DNA from: an uncultured Gemmatimonadales bacterium
GTDB taxonomy: Bacteria > Gemmatimonadota > Gemmatimonadetes > Longimicrobiales > Gaopeijiaceae
DNA: 64,000 nt
Direction: 5' to 3'
Assembly (NCBI GenBank): GCA_963823035.1
Contig: CAWGKG010000021.1
Location: 1-64,000, forward strand
Below are positions 46,281 through 57,928 of the stretch, piece after piece. The notes beneath the pieces were generated by a model that saw only the letters and a list, made by a program, of their open reading frames with translations, ran no database searches and was not told the origin of the DNA. The translations under genes and the position numbers were made by a program. Each line of letters starts with the position of its first letter. The stretch's first letter is position 1.

Positions 46281-48896
46281 TCACTCGCCCCTGAGCGCCT
46301 CACTGGCCTCGACCGAGCTCGCCCGCGAGGCCGGCAGCCAGCTCGCCAGCAGCGCGACCGCGAAGAGGAGCAGCGGCACGGCCGTGAACGTCACGGGATC
46401 GAGGGGCCGGACGCCGAAGAGGAAGCTCCGCGCGGCTCGCGCCAGCGCGGCCCCGGCCGCCACACCGACGAGACACCCCGCCCCGGACACCAGAGCGCCG
46501 CGGTACAAGACGAGCCAGGTCACCTGCCCAGCGGTCGCGCCGAGCGCCCGGCGCACACCGAGCTCGCGGGTGCGGCGCGACACCTGGTAGGCCAGCACGC
46601 CGTAGATGCCCAGTGCGGCGAGGATCAGCCCCACCAGCCCGAAGGCTCCCACGAGCTGGGCGGCGAAGCGTTGTGGGAAGACGCTCGTGCCGACGAGATC
46701 ACGGAGGCGCAGGGGCAACTTCACGGCGATGTCCGGGTCCATGTCGTGGACGATCGCGCCGAGCGCGCGAAGGGTCTCCGCCTCGGCACCGGGCGCCCGC
46801 GCATGGAGTGCCATCGTCGGGCGGTAGTGCTGCGGTGCGGCCAGGTACGCGAACGGCGTGGGAGGCTCGGTGACGAAGGCGTAGCGGCCCGCGGCGGTGA
46901 CGCCGACCACCACCGCGTCTCCCACGACGCCGGTCAGCCGGTGGCCGAGGGGACTCGCCCCCGGCCACATGCGGTCGGCGAGCGTCTGGTTGACGATCAC
47001 CGCACGCTCCGCTCCCTCCGCGTCCGCGGGGGTGAAGCCGCGACCGGCGACGATCGGGATGCGCATCGTCTCGAAGTACCCGGGCGTCACGATGTTGTAC
47101 GAGGCGTTCGTCCTCGGCGCCCCCGGCGCGTCCGGACGGCGAACGTCGCCGTTGGAGCGCCCTCCGGAGAGCGGTACGTACTGGGCCCACGCCGCCGCCT
47201 CGACGCCGGGAAGGGCGCGGACCCGTTCCAGCAGCGCCTCCTGGAATGCGCGTCCCCGTTCCGCATCCCCTCCGACGGACACGGTGGCCGCGATCATCCC
47301 CTGGGGGTCGAACCCCACGTCCGCCGAAAGACCGGCCCGGAGGGAGCGCGCGAACAGCATCGCGGTGAGCAGCAACGTCACCGCCAGCGCGACCTGCCCA
47401 CCCACGAACACGTTGCGCAACGCGCCGTCGCCCCCGACCGAGCCGGCCGTGCCGGTCTTGAGGGCCGGGACCAGATCGGGGCGTGACGCCCGCAGCGCGG
47501 GGACCAGGCCGAAGAGCACGCCGGTCGTGCCCGCCACCGCGAGGGCGAAGGCGAGCACCAGGCGGTCCGGCGTGAAGGTGAAGCGGAGGTCGGGGGCCTG
47601 CGGGGGCAGCGGCAAGGCCGAGAGCCAGGCGGCTCCGAGGTACGCCAGCCCCACGCCCGCGAGGCCGCCCACCGCCGACAGCAGGAGGCTCTCGGCCAGG
47701 AGGTGGCGGACGATGCGCGCCCTACCGGCGCCGAGGGCCAGGCGCACCGCCATCTCCCGACGCCGCGCGAGGCCCCGTGCCAGCATGACGCCGGCGACGT
47801 TGGCCGCCGCGATGAGCAGAACCAGGAGGGCCATCCCCAGCAGCATGCCCAGGAAGCCTCTCAGGTAGCCACGGGCCTCCGTCGGGACGGCTCGCAACGG
47901 CTCGAGGCGTGCCGACGTGACGGTCGTCCCCTCCTCGGGCGGGATCCTCCGGGCGATGGCGTCCACCACGCTCGACGCGCTCTCGATCGACATGCCGTCG
48001 CGCAGCCTCCCGAGGGGGGCCACGCGGGTGTCCCACCCCTTCCGGCCCTCACCGCGGAGACCGATGGGGGCCCATACCTCGTCCGCCACGAACGTGGCAC
48101 CGCCGAAGCCGGCGGGCGCCACGCCGACCACGACCACGGAGTGACCATCGAGCCCGACGGTTCGCCCGACGACCGCCGGATCGGCGTCGAAGCGCGACAC
48201 CCACAGCTCGTGGGAGAGGACGATCTCGTCCGCGTCGTCCGCGCTGTAGGCCCTGCCCAGCTCCGGCCGCACGCCCAGCGTCTGGAAGTAGTTCCCCGAG
48301 GTGAGGGCGCCGCCCACCGCAACCGTCGCTTCCGGGAGGCGGAGGGAGAAGGCATCCACCAGGCGGTGGGCGGCGAGCGACGCGACGACGTCGCCGGCCG
48401 CCTCCCGGAAGGCCATGTATCGTTCGTACGGGATGAGCATCCCCTCGATACCGGAGGAGACCATGCCGTTCCGGCTCTCCTCGAGCACCACCATCCGCTC
48501 GATCCCGGGGATCGGAAGCGGGCGCAGCAGCATGCCGTTCGCGGTGCTGAACACCACCGTGGTGGCGCCCACCCCGAGAGCGATGGTCGCCATCGCGACG
48601 AGCGAGGTGCCGGGCTCCCGCACCAGCGATGCGACGCCGAAGCGGAGGTCGTGCCAGAGGGGCTCGAGCAGGGGCACCCGCCGGCCGTCGCGAAGGCGCG
48701 CCCGGTGCCGCTCCACCCCACCGAAGGCAGCCAATGCCCGGCGCCGCGCTTCGGCCGGGTCGAGGCCCTGGGCGAGGTACTTCTCGGTCTCCATGTCGAC
48801 GTGGAAGCGGAGCTCCTCGTCCATCTCGCGGTCCGCGGCCCCGCGGAGGAGGGCGTCGCGCAGCCGCGCCCGCAGCCCGCGTAGCGCCCGCCTCAT
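46281..48896 (-). CDS. ADOP-type duplicated MacB/FtsX orphan ABC permease
   Basis: Prefix DEELRFHVDME...EARRRALAAFGG, ALGVGATT, LLIAAANVAG, RRTRELGVRRALGA. Ends ALRGE. The ATG overlaps the PadR stop. Confidence 0.92.
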   Translation of the reverse strand: MRRALRGLRARLRDALLRGAADREMDEELRFHVDMETEKYLAQGLDPAEARRRALAAFGGVERHRARLRDGRRVPLLEPLWHDLRFGVASLVREPGTSLVAMATIALGVGATTVVFSTANGMLLRPLPIPGIERMVVLEESRNGMVSSGIEGMLIPYERYMAFREAAGDVVASLAAHRLVDAFSLRLPEATVAVGGALTSGNYFQTLGVRPELGRAYSADDADEIVLSHELWVSRFDADPAVVGRTVGLDGHSVVVVGVAPAGFGGATFVADEVWAPIGLRGEGRKGWDTRVAPLGRLRDGMSIESASSVVDAIARRIPPEEGTTVTSARLEPLRAVPTEARGYLRGFLGMLLGMALLVLLIAAANVAGVMLARGLARRREMAVRLALGAGRARIVRHLLAESLLLSAVGGLAGVGLAYLGAAWLSALPLPPQAPDLRFTFTPDRLVLAFALAVAGTTGVLFGLVPALRASRPDLVPALKTGTAGSVGGDGALRNVFVGGQVALAVTLLLTAMLFARSLRAGLSADVGFDPQGMIAATVSVGGDAERGRAFQEALLERVRALPGVEAAAWAQYVPLSGGRSNGDVRRPDAPGAPRTNASYNIVTPGYFETMRIPIVAGRGFTPADAEGAERAVIVNQTLADRMWPGASPLGHRLTGVVGDAVVVGVTAAGRYAFVTEPPTPFAYLAAPQHYRPTMALHARAPGAEAETLRALGAIVHDMDPDIAVKLPLRLRDLVGTSVFPQRFAAQLVGAFGLVGLILAALGIYGVLAYQVSRRTRELGVRRALGATAGQVTWLVLYRGALVSGAGCLVGVAAGAALARAARSFLFGVRPLDPVTFTAVPLLLFAVALLASWLPASRASSVEASEALRGE

Positions 48897-49228
48897 GTGG
48901 CCTCCAGGATCCATTGGACGGCGCCGGTATACCTCTGCCAACTCTCGGCCTCGTCCTCCAGTCCCGACCGACCCTCGTCGGTCAGCGAGTAGTACCGTGC
49001 CCGCCTGTTGTTCTCGGTGGTATCCCACCGGCTCGCGACCCACCCCCGGTACTCGAGACGCTGGAGTGCCGGATACAGCGATCCCTGGTTCACGTCCAGC
49101 AGGCCTCGCGACAGCTCCTGGATGCGCTGGCTGATGCCCCACCCGTGCATCGGCGCCAGGGAGAGCGTCTTCAGGATGAGGAGATCGAGGGTCCCCCTCA
49201 GGACGTCGTTGGATCCTGGCTCGGCCAT
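48893..49228 (-). CDS. PadR family transcriptional regulator (acidobacterial type)
   Basis: RGTLDLLILKTL...MHGWGI...QGSLYPALQRLE...NNRRARYY. Confidence 0.93.
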   Translation of the reverse strand: MAEPGSNDVLRGTLDLLILKTLSLAPMHGWGISQRIQELSRGLLDVNQGSLYPALQRLEYRGWVASRWDTTENNRRARYYSLTDEGRSGLEDEAESWQRYTGAVQWILEAT

Positions 49229-49271
49229 GGCACGCTCCCCGCGGCCCGCGGCGTGGGCCGCCGCTCGCCGC

Positions 49272-49327
49272 TCTTGTTGGAATCCGACAGGAACGTATCC
49301 GGGCTCCTGTCGGAATTCAAGAGGAGC
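49272..49327 (-). promoter_or_regulatory. Sigma-70-like promoter overlapped by twin palindromic PadR operators
   Basis: Minus strand TTGAAT(49320-15)-17 bp-TACGTT(49297-92). Palindromes TCTTGTTGG-AAT-CCGACAGGA (49272-92) and TCCTGTCGG-AAT-TCAAGAGGA (49305-25). Confidence 0.72.
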
Positions 49328-49490
49328 TACGACGGTGGGCCCGGTGAGGGGCGCTCGTTCGCCCGCGACCTGTTAATCTTCTTGAAAGGAGACGTCGAGG
49401 CCCGCCGACGGCCGTCGCTCTCCTCACCTGCCCCCGGGGGCACCCGACTCCAGCCAGGGAGCTCCCGTCGCCACCTCACGGCTCGGAGGT

Positions 49491-49934
49491 ATGGGCATGG
49501 ACAGGAAGGTGCATCTCCCGCGCGTGATCGTCGGCGGCTTGATCGCCGGACTCATCGTGAACCTCGGCGAGCTCGCCGTGAACGTCTGGATCTTCGGGAG
49601 CAGTTGGAAGGAAGTCCTCGAGGGGATGGGGCTGGCGGTGGACACGCCCGCGCTCGTGCTCTGGGGAGCCGGCTCGTTCGTCCTCGGCATCGTCGGCGTC
49701 TGGATCTACGTCGCCAGCAGCGCGCGCTACGGCCCCGGTGCGGGGACGGCTCTGCGCGCCGGGGTGGCCGTCTGGGCGATCGCGTTCGTGGTTCCCACGG
49801 CGGGCTTCCTGGCCATCGGGGCCTTTCCCCGCGGGCTGATCGTGATCGCCGTCCTCAGCGGGCTGGTGGAGGTCTGCCTGGGCGTCTACGTCGGAGCCTG
49901 GCTGTACCGGGAGGGCGATCTGGCGGAAGCCTGA
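49491..49934 (+). CDS. Hypothetical integral membrane protein (about 4 TM)
   Basis: Four hydrophobic segments, RYGPG loop, GAWLYRE C-terminus, GGAGG RBS. Confidence 0.8.
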   Translation: MGMDRKVHLPRVIVGGLIAGLIVNLGELAVNVWIFGSSWKEVLEGMGLAVDTPALVLWGAGSFVLGIVGVWIYVASSARYGPGAGTALRAGVAVWAIAFVVPTAGFLAIGAFPRGLIVIAVLSGLVEVCLGVYVGAWLYREGDLAEA

Positions 49935-49963
49935 CCACGCCGGCGGCCCCGGGGGCGCCCCTT

Positions 49964-50530
49964 CTACCGCGCGGCCTCCATCGCCGGCACGCACAGCGCG
50001 AGGACGTAGTAGCGCAACTCCCCCGGCCCGGGGACGCGCTCGGCGTCGACGGCCAACTCCGCGTCGGTGCCGAGGAGACCGCCGGTGTAGAAGTTGAAGA
50101 GGCAGTCCGAGCCCTCGAGTCGGAAGCGTAGGGACGCCTCCTTGGGGGCGTCACGTGGGTCGGGCGTGCGCGTCCACCCCGCGTCCCGCACCCGTTCGAA
50201 GAAGCGGGGCGCCTCCTGCGCCGCCGTCGCCGTCGTCACGCCCGCCGCGGTGACGCGGCACCCCTCGAGGCGTCGGTGCGTGCGCCAGTCGTCGAGCGTG
50301 TCGGGCTCGGTGCGCGTGGCCATCCCCACGGTGCCGGCGAGGAAGCGCTCGGCCGCGACGCAGTGGCGCTCCACGCCGCCGTCCGCATCCGTGGCCTGGG
50401 CGGCCGCACGGGGCGGTGCGAGCGCCCCGAGCAGCAGGAGCAGGAGGGCCGTCCCGCGACCCTCCCGCACCCACCCGGCCGAGGCTTCGCCCCCTTTCCG
50501 CCGCCCGGGGCCGCACACCGGCCGCCTCAC
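49964..50530 (-). CDS. Hypothetical secreted protein (start uncertain), artefactually fused to the upstream protease in the ORF track
   Basis: Internal signal peptide ALLLLLLGALAPPRAAAQ and four Cys in the mature part. A GTG overlaps the reconstructed protease stop. Confidence 0.6.
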   Translation of the reverse strand: MRRPVCGPGRRKGGEASAGWVREGRGTALLLLLLGALAPPRAAAQATDADGGVERHCVAAERFLAGTVGMATRTEPDTLDDWRTHRRLEGCRVTAAGVTTATAAQEAPRFFERVRDAGWTRTPDPRDAPKEASLRFRLEGSDCLFNFYTGGLLGTDAELAVDAERVPGPGELRYYVLALCVPAMEAAR

Positions 50531-53092
50531 TGCCGGCTGCTGCCCCCGATCGGGTCGCCGGCCGGCATCTGGAGTGCCTTGGCCGGCACCGTGTTGTCGG
50601 CGCGGGCCTGCCAGCGGCGCACGTCCCCCGCGACGAGCCTTCGCATGCGGCGAGGTCTGCGCCTCCGCCTCGATCCGGCCGGCCAGACGATCCAGACGGT
50701 CGGAGAGCACCGCGCGCACCTCGGCCGGGTTCTCCGCGGAGGTCGCCTCCTGCATCATGCGGTCGACCACCGCGCGCTGGATGACGTGCTGCACCCGCAG
50801 GCGGTACCCGTTCGCCTCGGCCGGCCGACCCCAGGTGGCGTCGATCAGCCGGTCCGTGACCTCCTCGAGGTCGGGGTAGTCGCCCATGCTCCCGAACACG
50901 ACCAGGCGGGCCATCCGCTGCGGCTGCAGGATCTCCCCGACGCTGAAGTCCGCCGCGGCCTCGGCCGCGCCCAACGGGTCGAAGAGCAGCTCGGTGTGTC
51001 CCGGGAACATCTCACCCTCGTCGTTCCGGTCGGCCGGGGGCGGGATCATGTTCACGATGCGCTGCGGGAGCGCCAGGAAGTCCACGGCGAGCGTCGACAG
51101 CACCGCGTCGAGGGCGTGCCGCTGCTCGGCGCCCGGCACGATCGTGAACGGCGTCTGGCCGTCCCCGCGCACGGGGTTGCGGTAGTCCGCGCCGCCCAGG
51201 CTCTCCACGGCCGAGCGGAGCTGGAAGCGGTGGTGCATGTACAGCGGCAGGAGCACGAACTCCAGGCGGGACAGCGGCTCTCCCTCACGGAGCGTCTCGG
51301 GGCCGAAGCGATCGAGCCCGATCTGGCGGATGCGGATCTCCTGCTCGAGCTGATCCACCAGGTTGGCGCCGTTGTCCCACACGCCCGCGAACTGGTGGCC
51401 ACCGCCGTAGAAGACGTTGTCCGTGTGGCCCATGTAGCGGAGGCCCCGGTCGAGCCCCCAGCGCACGATCGAGTCGAGCGCGGCGGTTTCGTCCGTCCCC
51501 TGCGGGAACTCACGGTAGAGGTAGTTCACCGCCAGCTTGTCGTACTCGCCGATGCGGCGCAGGTAGGCGTTCGACAGATCCAGGTTGCCCGCCGCGTCGA
51601 TCTCCACGAGCGGGGCCGGGTAGTCCATCACGCTCTCGCGCCCGTAGGAGCTGGCCATGTAGTTGTGCGGGAAGCCGAGCGTGTGCCCCACCTCGTGCGC
51701 GGCGAGCTGACGGACCCGCGCGAGCGCCATCTCGAGCGCGTCGGAGCCCGGCACGACCTGCGTCAGGTAGCCGAAATCGGGCGCGGCGGAGAGGTCCGCC
51801 GTGCCCCAGCCGTCGTCGAGATAGCCGCCGCCATCGTCGGACGAGATGCCGCCGGTGAAGGGCGCCACCATTCCCTGACCGTGCAGGTAGTCCTGGCGCA
51901 GGCGCAGGCTGCCCAGGTTGACCACGCCGCGGATGATCTCACCGGTGCGCGGGTCGATGATCGAGTTGCCGTACGAGTACCCGCGCGTTCGTCGGTGCGT
52001 CCAGTGGATCATGTTGTAGCGGATGTCCTGCGGGTCGATCGTGTCCGGCAGGACCCTCACCTGGAAGGCGTCGATGAACCCGGCGGCCTCGAACGCCTGG
52101 TTCCACCAACCCGCGCCCTCCACCAGCGCGCTGCGGATCGGCTCGGGCGTGCCCGGGTCGACGTAGTAGACGATCGGCTCGACGGCCTCGGAGCGGGCCG
52201 CGTTCGGGTTCCTCTTCTGAAGCCGGTGACGTGAGACCAGTCGGAGCTGCATGTCCTGGTCGATGGGCTTCGCGTAGTCGAACACGTCCGGCCCGTTCAC
52301 GCCGAGACGCGGATCCGCGAGGCGCGTGTGGTAGCCGGTACCCGGAAGCTTGATGAAGGAGTGGTGCTCGCGGAGCGTGATCGAGGTGCCGTCCGCCGCG
52401 ACGCCCTGCACGAGGCGCCCCGGGGCGTCGCTCGTGAAGGTGAGCACCGCCTCCACCTCCGTGTTTTCCGGGAAGGACTTCGTGGCCGGCATCCAGATCG
52501 CGCTCCGGCCCCGGTCGAGCTTGAAGGTGCCCTGGCCGCTGCGCGCGATCTGCTGGATCACGCCGCGCGCATCGCGCAGGAAGAAGTCCGTGGCGTCCAC
52601 GAGCAGGCGGTCGCCCGTCTGCGCGACGATGTCGAAGCCCCACTGCACGGAGGGCGCGAAGGCGTCGCGCACGGCCTCGACCTCGGTGGCGTTGTCACTC
52701 CTCGCCACGAACTCGTAGTTCGGCTCCATCAGGAGGAGGCGGGGCCCCACCCGCATCGGTCGCAGGACGTGGGTGCCGCGGAGCTGGCCGCGGTCGATGC
52801 CGATGGGGTTGGAGCCGAGCCCGGATCCCATGGAGATCTGGTAGAGGAACTCGGTGCCGACGTCGCCGATCTCCCAGAAGAGGGAGCCGGTGCCCTCCTG
52901 CCAGTAGAGGTCGAAGAGCCCGGAGAGCTTCTGCGCGCCGGCGGTCTTCTGCTCGATCGTGGGGAGTGGGGTGGACTGTGCGCCGGCCGGTGCCGCCAGG
53001 CCGAGCGACGCCCCGAGCGGGAAGGCTGCGGCCGCCGCCGCGCTCATCACACGGCGAAGGGTGCTACGGGTGGCGCGGCGCGGCTTCGGCAT
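50527..53092 (-). CDS. Secreted metzincin zinc metalloprotease (DUF5117/DUF4953-like); apparent frameshift near 50638
   Basis: Signal peptide, HEVGHTLGFPHNY zinc motif, Met-turn SVMDY, DPRTGEII. Corrected C-terminus ...MPAGDPIGGSSRQ*. Confidence 0.9.
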
Positions 53093-53204
53093 GACACACC
53101 TCCTGCGGGTCTCTGGACGAACGGCGGGTCGCGGCCCGACAAGGTCCTCCGCCCCTCCGGTCGCCGCAAGCGCGCCCCTCGGCCGACGCGTACCGCGCCG
53201 GCCG

Positions 53205-54416
53205 CTACTTCAGGATCGCGTACACCTGCGCGTGGTGGACGTCGAGCTCGTCCCTCCAGTAGCCGATCATGGCGTCGCCCCGGATGTCCAGCGGAACGAA
53301 GCGCTCCGGAAGCGCCACCGTGCCGAGATAGCGGCCGTCCGCCGAGATCACGGAGATCGTGCTCGGCAGGACCGGCCCGACCGGCGGGTCGAGAAGCCAG
53401 AGGTTCCCCTCGTCGTCGACGAAGATCATCGAGTACGCGGCCTTGCGCTCCGGGACCGGCACGTTGTCGAGGCGGTCCATGAGCCGCTTCCGTTGCTGCG
53501 GGTCGGCCACGGCGTCGCGGAAGGCGCTCCGGTAGGCCTCCATGTCGTCGTCGCGTACGGCGAGGTCCATCCCGGCGACGCGCTCGATCCCTGCGAGCTG
53601 GCCGTCGAGCCGATGGAGGGCGACCGAGAAGTCCTCGGAGGTGCCCACCACGAGCGTCGAGTCGCGCAGCGCGAACCACGCCATGTGCGCGAAGGGCGGC
53701 GGGCCGATTCCCCCGTCCGTGGCGTACCACTCCATCCCCGGGAAGACGCCGACCGTGTCCAGGACGGCCCCGGTCCCGAGGTCCACGCGGAGCACCGGAT
53801 CGCGCTCCCTCGCCATCCCCTGTCGCGGTGCCGGTCCGTCGAGCAGCGCCGTGCTCCCCGAGGCGAAGAGGAGGAGCGTGCGGTCGGGCGTGACCGCCAC
53901 GCTCCGCGTGCTGAAGCCCGCGTTCCCGGCATCCACCAGGAAGGAGCGGACGAACGCGCCGTCGTTGGTGAGGATCGAGGCGCCGGGGCGTCCCGGATCC
54001 CAGATCAGCAGGGAGTCGCCGCCCAGCCTCCGGACGGCGCTCGGGCGGCTGAACTCGCCTGGGCCGTCTCCCTGCCCGCCGGTCGACCAGCGGTGTGTTC
54101 CGTCCGCGTCGTAGGCGCGCAGCACGGCCGACTGGCCGTCCAGCACCACGAAGCCGCCGTCGGGGAGGAAGGTCGCCGCCATGATCCACCCGAACTGGTA
54201 CGGCTCGTCAGCCTCGGCGGCGCCGATGTCCGCCAGGGGCTCGTCGGAGAGCGCCCATCCCCCGCCGGAGGCCCAACGCGGCGCGGTGCTCTCCGCAATG
54301 CGCACGCCCGCGCTGTCGGTGACCGTGAAGGCGGGATCGTCCCCGGCGCCGTGCACGCAGGCGGTGGCCGAGACGAGGAGGAGGAGCGAGAGTGCGCGGG
54401 CAGAGCGGGCTCGCAT
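53205..54416 (-). CDS. 6-bladed beta-propeller lipoprotein
   Basis: Lipobox ATAC, DSAGVRIAE, GGQGDGPGEF, VDDEGNLW, DGRYLG, RDELDV. Confidence 0.8.
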   Translation of the reverse strand: MRARSARALSLLLLVSATACVHGAGDDPAFTVTDSAGVRIAESTAPRWASGGGWALSDEPLADIGAAEADEPYQFGWIMAATFLPDGGFVVLDGQSAVLRAYDADGTHRWSTGGQGDGPGEFSRPSAVRRLGGDSLLIWDPGRPGASILTNDGAFVRSFLVDAGNAGFSTRSVAVTPDRTLLLFASGSTALLDGPAPRQGMARERDPVLRVDLGTGAVLDTVGVFPGMEWYATDGGIGPPPFAHMAWFALRDSTLVVGTSEDFSVALHRLDGQLAGIERVAGMDLAVRDDDMEAYRSAFRDAVADPQQRKRLMDRLDNVPVPERKAAYSMIFVDDEGNLWLLDPPVGPVLPSTISVISADGRYLGTVALPERFVPLDIRGDAMIGYWRDELDVHHAQVYAILK

Positions 54417-54606
54417 GGCGGATGCCTCCGTCGTTCGAGGGTGTGGTCGCGCTCGGGGTCTCGCGCGCGAGGGGCCGCCCCGACGCGCCATGATGGCCGC
54501 CGGCGCGCGCGGCGCACAACCCCGCTCGAGGTCCGCTTGCCGGGTCCGCGTCCCCGTCCTACCGTCCTCCTTCCCTGCAACCGTACCGAAGAAGGAGTGG
54601 CGCGCG

Positions 54607-57387
<2,781 letters not shown>

Positions 57388-57391
57388 CCCG

Positions 57392-57886
57392 ATGGCCAAG
57401 GCGAGGGAAGTCCGCAGCTACGAGTACGTGAATCGGGCCTATGCGCAGGTGCGCAACGCCCTGCTGGCCGACACGGCCAGCACGTTCCGCGCCGCCACCC
57501 GTGCGGCCGCGGGTCGCGCCCAGTCGGTCGCCGCGGCGCTGAGCGTCAACATCGCCGGAGTGGACGTGGGGACGGAGATCGACATCTCGGTCGGCGAGGT
57601 CACCGAAGTGCCGAAGGCGCAGGGCCAGGCTCCGTCGACGAGCATCGCGATCGAGTGGGAGGCGGCGAAGCGCCCGCGGCTCTTCCCCCTCATGCGCGCG
57701 ACCCTGCACGTCTACCCGCTCACCTCCACGGAGACGCAGCTGGATTTCGCGGGCACGTACGATCCTCCGCTCGGCGCCGTCGGCAGCGCGATCGACGCCG
57801 TGGTGGGGCATCGGATCGCGGAGGCGTCGGTCCATCGCTTCGTGGTGGACGTGGCGCATCACCTGCGGGAAGCGCTGGAGGACTGA
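57392..57886 (+). CDS. Hypothetical protein (possible SRPBCC/START-like fold)
   Basis: Clean ORF 4 nt after the M14 stop. GTYDPPLGAVG..D...HRIAEASVHRF C-terminal helix. The fold call is tentative. Confidence 0.7.
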   Translation: MAKAREVRSYEYVNRAYAQVRNALLADTASTFRAATRAAAGRAQSVAAALSVNIAGVDVGTEIDISVGEVTEVPKAQGQAPSTSIAIEWEAAKRPRLFPLMRATLHVYPLTSTETQLDFAGTYDPPLGAVGSAIDAVVGHRIAEASVHRFVVDVAHHLREALED

Positions 57887-57928
57887 GGGGGCCGCCGCGC
57901 ACGGTTTCGTCGGCCCGCCTCCGCGCCG

